Shown here: positions 59,883 through 64,000 of the stretch, piece after piece
Layout of the letters: the number at the start of each line of letters is the position of its first letter
Position numbering within the stretch: the stretch's first letter is position 1
Assembly: GCA_965205165.1 (NCBI GenBank)
Contig: OZ242037.1
Span: forward strand, 937,619-1,001,618
Direction of reading: 5' to 3'
DNA from: Dehalococcoidia bacterium
GTDB lineage: Bacteria > Chloroflexota > Dehalococcoidia > Bin125
DNA: 64,000 bases
Translations under genes and position numbers: made by a program
The notes under the pieces: model-generated
Database searches by the model: none
What the model saw: the letters and a program-made list of their open reading frames with translations, nothing else
What the model was told of the DNA's origin: nothing

Positions 59883-60920
59883 ATGGACGGCATCCGCGAC
59901 CGCAAGCGCGCGCTCCGCCGCGAGCTGCGCGCCCGCCGTGCCGCCGTTCCCGCCGTCCTGCGCTCCGCCTGGTCCAAGGCGATCGCCTCGCGCGCGGCAT
60001 CGCTGCCCGAATGGCGCGATGCCGCGGTCATCCACCTCTTCATCGGCTCGCTGCCCGGCGAGGTCGAGACCCGCAGCCTCGCCGAAGCCGCCCTGCTCGA
60101 AGGCAAAACCCTGCTCTGCCCGCGCGTCGCCGGCGGCGTGCTCGAATCCCGCCGCGTCCGCTCGCTCGACGATCTCTCGCCCGGCTACCGCGGCCTGCCC
60201 GAACCCGATCCCGTCCTCTGCGAACCCGTCCCCGCCGGCGAGGCAGGACTGCTGCTCGTCCCCGGCCTCGCGTTCACCGAGCGCGGCGATCGGCTCGGCA
60301 TGGGCAGCGCCTTCTACGACCGCCTGCTCGCCGGCACCGCCGCGCCCGCTGTTGCCCTGGCGTTCGAGCTGCAACTCGCCGGCGAACTCCCGATCGCGCC
60401 GCACGACCGGCCCGTCGACGCCATCATCACCGAACTCCGCGTCATCCGCTGCCGACGGGAGGCGCAGATGCCCGAACCCGACCTCGCCTTCCTGCCCCTC
60501 ACCCGCGTGGCCGGATTCCGCGAATCAGTGCCGTTCGCCGAGCTGCGCTCCGCGTTCGACCGGCTGGCCCCCCGCGTCGCGCAGGCATTCGCCGACGCGG
60601 GAATCGCGACGCACGGCCCGCTCAGCGCGGTGTACCACGTGATCGCCGAGACCTGCGAGATCACCGTCGGCCTCGAGCTGATCGGCGGCGACGCGCCCGC
60701 CGGGCTCTCCGTCGCGGAGATCGGCGGCGGCGAGGCCGTGAAACTCGATGTGCGCGGGCCCTACGAGCAGATCCCCGAAGAGGGCGTGAAAATGGGGCAG
60801 TGGTGCGAGGCCAACGGCCGCGCCCCGGCCGGCATCGGCCTGGAGCGCTACGTCGCCGGCCCCGATCAGGATGCGGATCCGGCCAACTGGCTGACCGAGC
60901 TCTACCTGCCGCTGCAATAA
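59883..60920 (+). CDS. 5-formyltetrahydrofolate cyclo-ligase fused to a C-terminal GyrI-like (SbmC/AraC-effector-binding) domain
   Basis: N-terminal ~190 aa LLLVPGLAFTERGDRLGMGSAFYDRLL is the MTHFS signature. The C-terminal ~150 aa VKLDVRGPYEQIPEEGVKMGQWCEANGRAP...WLTELYLPLQ is GyrI-like. No stop between them in this sequence. Confidence 0.65.
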   Translation: MDGIRDRKRALRRELRARRAAVPAVLRSAWSKAIASRAASLPEWRDAAVIHLFIGSLPGEVETRSLAEAALLEGKTLLCPRVAGGVLESRRVRSLDDLSPGYRGLPEPDPVLCEPVPAGEAGLLLVPGLAFTERGDRLGMGSAFYDRLLAGTAAPAVALAFELQLAGELPIAPHDRPVDAIITELRVIRCRREAQMPEPDLAFLPLTRVAGFRESVPFAELRSAFDRLAPRVAQAFADAGIATHGPLSAVYHVIAETCEITVGLELIGGDAPAGLSVAEIGGGEAVKLDVRGPYEQIPEEGVKMGQWCEANGRAPAGIGLERYVAGPDQDADPANWLTELYLPLQ

Positions 60921-61011
60921 GCCGGCGCCGCGCGGATCGGCGTAGCCTCCGCGGGGCTGGCAAAGTTGCCGGGGCGGGCCAACGCCCCGCGCGAACTGAA
61001 CGGAGGGCGAG

Positions 61012-61470
61012 ATGCCGGATGTCGAAATCGTCAAGCAGGGCAACGTGCGCATCGCGGGCTACCGCGACCGCGTGCCGATCGACGAGCTGCCGCAGGCCTT
61101 CGCCAAGCACCTGCCCGCCGCCTGGCAGGCGCTGACCGATGCCGGCGTCACCGAGCTCGGCCCGCCCTCCTCGCTCTGCTACGAGATGGACGACTCGATC
61201 TGCGACCTGACGATCGGGATCGAACTCGGCCCGGGCGCGGAGGCGCCCGACGGACTTGACGTCTCCGAGGTGCCGCCGGGCTTGGAGGCGAAGCTCAATT
61301 TCTACGGCCCGTACGAGCGCATCCGCGAGGGTTTCGGCGAGCTCGTGCAGTGGTGCCAAGAGAACGGGCGCACCCCGGCAAGCCGCGCCCGCGAGCGCTA
61401 CATCACAGACCCGCAGGCCGAGCCGGACTCCTCGAAATGGCTGACGGAGCTCTATCTCGGCGTCGAGTAG
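61012..61470 (+). CDS. GyrI-like small-molecule-binding domain protein
   Basis: 152 aa. KLNFYGPYERIREGFGELVQWCQENGRTP...WLTELYLGVE. Paralogous to the C-terminal domain of the upstream gene. Confidence 0.7.
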   Translation: MPDVEIVKQGNVRIAGYRDRVPIDELPQAFAKHLPAAWQALTDAGVTELGPPSSLCYEMDDSICDLTIGIELGPGAEAPDGLDVSEVPPGLEAKLNFYGPYERIREGFGELVQWCQENGRTPASRARERYITDPQAEPDSSKWLTELYLGVE

Positions 61471-61474
61471 CGAG

Positions 61475-61549
61475 TGGAGCGGGGGACGGGATTCGAACCC
61501 GCGGCCGCCTGCTTGGAAGGCAGGAGCTCTGCCCCTGAGCTACCCCCGC
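61475..61549 (-). tRNA. tRNA-Gly (TCC)
   Basis: Reverse complement GCGGGGGTAGCTCAGGGGCAGAGCTCCTGCCTTCCAAGCAGGCGGCCGCGGGTTCGAATCCCGTCCCCCGCTCCA. Anticodon loop CTTCCAA. Confidence 0.85.
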
Positions 61550-61562
61550 GCGAAGGCCCAGC

Positions 61563-62501
61563 CTACCGACCGATCGCCCGCTGGATCTGCGCGGCGTGCT
61601 CGTGGCAGTGCTCCGCATAGATGCGCAGCCAGTCGTCGACCGTGTACGAAGCATGCTCCGGGTGCCGGCCGCCGCGCCGCCATTCCGCCTCTTCCAGCCG
61701 ATCGAGTATCTCCGCCGTGGCCGCCCGCGCCGCGCGGATCGCGTCCAGCGAAGCGCCGATCGGACGGTCGTAGCGCAAGCGCCGCGCGAACAGTTCCTCG
61801 TCGTACGCGCCCAAATCCGGCTCCCGCTCCGCGATCATGCGCCGCAGGCGGATCGCCGAAGTCATCTCGCTGTCGGCGACGTGGTGCACGACCTCGCGCG
61901 CCGACCACAGCTCCGGCGCGGGCGGGCGGCGGTCGAGTTCCTCGTCCGTCGCGCCAGCGACCGCCTCGGCGATCACCCGCGGGCCGTCGCGGTAGCGGCG
62001 AATCAGCCCGCTGCGGCCGCCCTCCGCGATGATGGATGCCGCCGCGAGCGTGCGGCGCAGTTGATCGAGGTGCGCCTCGCCGTGCTCGACCGCCTTTTCG
62101 AGCCAGATGCCCACGCTGTAGGCATCGTGCTCAGGGTGGTGGCCCGCGCGCTCGAAATCTTCCGGCACCAGCCGATCGAGGATCATGGCGCCGCTTTGCC
62201 GCACGGCGCGGATCGCGTCGAGCGCTTGGCCGACGGGGCGGTCGTAATGCAGCCGCGCCGCGAAATGCTGTTCGTCGTACGGCGTGATCTCCGGATCGTC
62301 CTCCGCCGCCATCAGCCGCAGGCGCACCGCGTCGACCAGCTCGTCGTCGGCGAGATGGTGCGCGAGCTGCCGCGCGCTCCATTCGCCCGGCGCGGGCGCG
62401 GCGTCGAGCGCCCGCTCATCGACGCCCGCGAACGCCCCGATGAAGTCGCCCGCCAAGGAGCGGTAGCGGGCGATCAGGGCGCGTCTCCGGCGGTCGTCCA
62501 T
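61563..62501 (-). CDS. DinB_2/DUF664-family protein with internal tandem duplication (two four-helix-bundle domains)
   Basis: Two homologous halves: ...EWSARQLAHHLADDELVDAVRLRLM...YDEQHFAARLHYDRP... and ...LWSAREVVHHVADSEMTSAIRLRRM...YDEELFARRLRYDRP... Confidence 0.65.
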   Translation of the reverse strand: MDDRRRRALIARYRSLAGDFIGAFAGVDERALDAAPAPGEWSARQLAHHLADDELVDAVRLRLMAAEDDPEITPYDEQHFAARLHYDRPVGQALDAIRAVRQSGAMILDRLVPEDFERAGHHPEHDAYSVGIWLEKAVEHGEAHLDQLRRTLAAASIIAEGGRSGLIRRYRDGPRVIAEAVAGATDEELDRRPPAPELWSAREVVHHVADSEMTSAIRLRRMIAEREPDLGAYDEELFARRLRYDRPIGASLDAIRAARAATAEILDRLEEAEWRRGGRHPEHASYTVDDWLRIYAEHCHEHAAQIQRAIGR

Positions 62502-62580
62502 TTCCCGTCCGATCCGGCATCCCGGCCGGGCGGCCGCCGCCCGCCCCGTACCCGGTCGGGCCGGAGCGGGCGGGTGTCGG

Positions 62581-64000
62581 CTACGCCAGGACGTGGTTGC
62601 GCAGCGTGGCGAGGCGGTCGGGCCGGCGCAGCTTGCGGAAGGCGTTGGCCTGGATCTGGCGGATGCGCTCGCGGGTGAGCTGCATCTCCTCGCCGACCTG
62701 CTCGAGCGTGCGCGGGTTGCCGCCGCTCAGCCCGTAGCGCAGCCGCAGCACCTTCGCCTCGCGCTCGTCCAGCGCGCTCAGCGCCCGGGCCAGCGCGATC
62801 TGCTCCTCCGACTGCTCCGCCTGCATCTCCGGCGAGGGGGTCGCCTCGTCCGCGATGAAGTCCTCCATCGAAGCATCGTCGTCCTCGCTGAACGTGCGGT
62901 CCAGCGAGGTCGGCACGCGGTCGAGCTCGCGCAGCTCGCGGATGCGGTCGACCGTCATGTCGAGCCGCTCGGCCAGCTCCTCTTCGCGTGGCTCGCGCTC
63001 GAACTCCTGCAGGAAGCGGCGCTCGGCCCGCTGCAGCTTGTTGAGCAGCTCCGTGGTGTGGACCGGAATCCGGATCACCCGGCTCGAATCGGCGATCGAG
63101 CGGGTCACCGCCTGCCGGATCCACCACGTCGCGTAGGTCGAGAACTTGTTGCCCAGCCGGTAGTCGAACTTCTCGACCGCGCGGATCAGGCCGACGTTGC
63201 CCTCCTGCACGAGGTCCAGCAGGGTCAGGTCCGTGCCGCGGTACTTCTTGGCCACCGCGACCACCAGCCGCAGGTTCGACTTCAGCATCTGCTGCTCGGC
63301 CGAGTAGCCCTCGGACTTGATCGCCCGCAGCCGGCGCTGGATGCGCCGCGTCAGCGTCTTCTCCGCCGCCAGCTTGCCCGCGGTCCCCGCCCCGGGCGGG
63401 AGCAGCGCCTCGAAGCCGCCGGCCGCCTCCGCCGACGCCAGCAGCAGCCGCGGCGTCAGGATCGCGGTCACCACCGAGACCCCGATGATGCGCTCCCGGG
63501 CCTGCTTCTTGGAGAGCTTGAGCGCCTTGGCCACCTTGGCGGCCAGCGCGTCGTCGATGCCGAGATCGACCACACCGCGGAAGCGGGACTCCGCGATCAG
63601 CTCGTCCAGCGGCTGGTCGCCCGCCTCGAGCTCGGCGGCGACCGACCGCAGGGCGGGCATGTAGTCGCCCAGCTGGCCGAGCAGGCCGGTCCAAGTGGCG
63701 ACGGCGGTGGGCCGGCGGCCCTCCGCGTCCTCGAGCGCCTCTTCGACGCCGTGGACCCAGTGCGCCATCTCGATCTGCGCGCCCAGCCGCTCCTCGTCCG
63801 CCCGGGTGAGCAGTGGGTGCTGGCCGATGTCCGTGAAGTACTGGCGCACCAGGTCCTCGCCGGCGTCCTCGTCCGCCTTCTGCTTGCGTGCCGGCTCGAG
63901 CGCGATGCCGTCGATCTCGACGTCCTCGGCGAAGCTCCAGCGGACCGGGCCGATCCCGGTCGGCTCGTCGAGCAGCTCGCGGCCGCGGCGGCGGCGATCG
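62581..64000 (-). CDS. sigma-70-family RNA polymerase sigma factor, 5'-partial (N-terminus beyond window end)
   Basis: Regions 2–4 are present: ...[16 protein letters not shown]..., ...[15 protein letters not shown]...TLEQVG...TRERIRQIE. In frame upstream of the track start (a GTG at 63849), acidic sequence (…[31 protein letters not shown]…) continues with no stop to the window edge. A ~100-aa insertion lies between regions 1.2 and 2. Confidence 0.8.
   Translation of the reverse strand, partial: DRRRRGRELLDEPTGIGPVRWSFAEDVEIDGIALEPARKQKADEDAGEDLVRQYFTDIGQHPLLTRADEERLGAQIEMAHWVHGVEEALEDAEGRRPTAVATWTGLLGQLGDYMPALRSVAAELEAGDQPLDELIAESRFRGVVDLGIDDALAAKVAKALKLSKKQARERIIGVSVVTAILTPRLLLASAEAAGGFEALLPPGAGTAGKLAAEKTLTRRIQRRLRAIKSEGYSAEQQMLKSNLRLVVAVAKKYRGTDLTLLDLVQEGNVGLIRAVEKFDYRLGNKFSTYATWWIRQAVTRSIADSSRVIRIPVHTTELLNKLQRAERRFLQEFEREPREEELAERLDMTVDRIRELRELDRVPTSLDRTFSEDDDASMEDFIADEATPSPEMQAEQSEEQIALARALSALDEREAKVLRLRYGLSGGNPRTLEQVGEEMQLTRERIRQIQANAFRKLRRPDRLATLRNHVLA

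Overview
This is a high-GC (~70%+) bacterial chromosomal window. The gene content (F420/LLM oxidoreductases, pyrR–pyrB–pyrC–carA–carB–pyrK operon, tandem kasA/kasB-like KAS II genes, groEL2-type standalone chaperonin, mycoredoxin-like Grx, Tat-lipoprotein SBPs) points to an actinobacterium. Most of it is housekeeping: cysDN, a tupABC-like tungstate/molybdate ABC transporter, pyk, groEL, thiamine pyrophosphokinase, an Opp/Dpp-like transporter with two SBPs and two permeases, argS, trpS, a FAS-II block (fabD–KAS–KAS–acpP), the pyrimidine operon, BCCP and biotin carboxylase, RNase D, four tRNAs and a partial sigma-70 gene. The provided ORF track is full of long Arg/Pro/Gly-rich antisense or off-frame ORFs typical of high-GC DNA. 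I ignored these when they overlapped a recognisable gene.

Several low-GC or structurally odd accessory patches are embedded in this backbone.
- **Cassette slot between sulfatase and TPK (most interesting).** Between the convergent 3' ends of an MBL/alkyl-sulfatase-like gene and the thiamine pyrophosphokinase gene lies a variable slot. It holds a beta-class DNA methyltransferase fused to an Mrr-type nuclease domain. Next to it is a second cassette, an unknown 254-aa protein plus a PIN toxin. Each cassette is flanked by duplicated copies of both gene tails: a 68-bp TPK-tail repeat and a 32-bp sulfatase-tail repeat.
- **HEPN module by the tRNAs.** A low-GC two-gene module sits next to a tRNA-Asn/Gln/Leu cluster. 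Its second protein carries an Rx4H HEPN/Abi_C-like motif.
- **Orphan pair next to the fab operon.** A 638-aa unknown protein plus a small zinc-ribbon protein are transcribed divergently from the fab operon.
- **BrnT/BrnA-like toxin–antitoxin pair.** It lies inside the tup operon.
- **DUF433/DUF5615 pair.** It sits where pyrD would be expected after pyrK.
- **Tandem-repeat protein.** It has four 28-aa repeats with a GPGQE/PGWW motif.
- **Degraded insertion-sequence remnants.**
- **A split NYN-domain pseudogene.**
- **A cysteine-less L36 (rpmJ) paralogue.**

No CRISPR array and no rRNA were seen. The ORF track coordinates are authoritative. My own manual coordinates for tRNAs and repeats may be off by 1–2 nt, because my hand position counts disagree with the track's minus-strand coordinates by ±1 in places and the printed last line sums to one base more than the stated 64,000.
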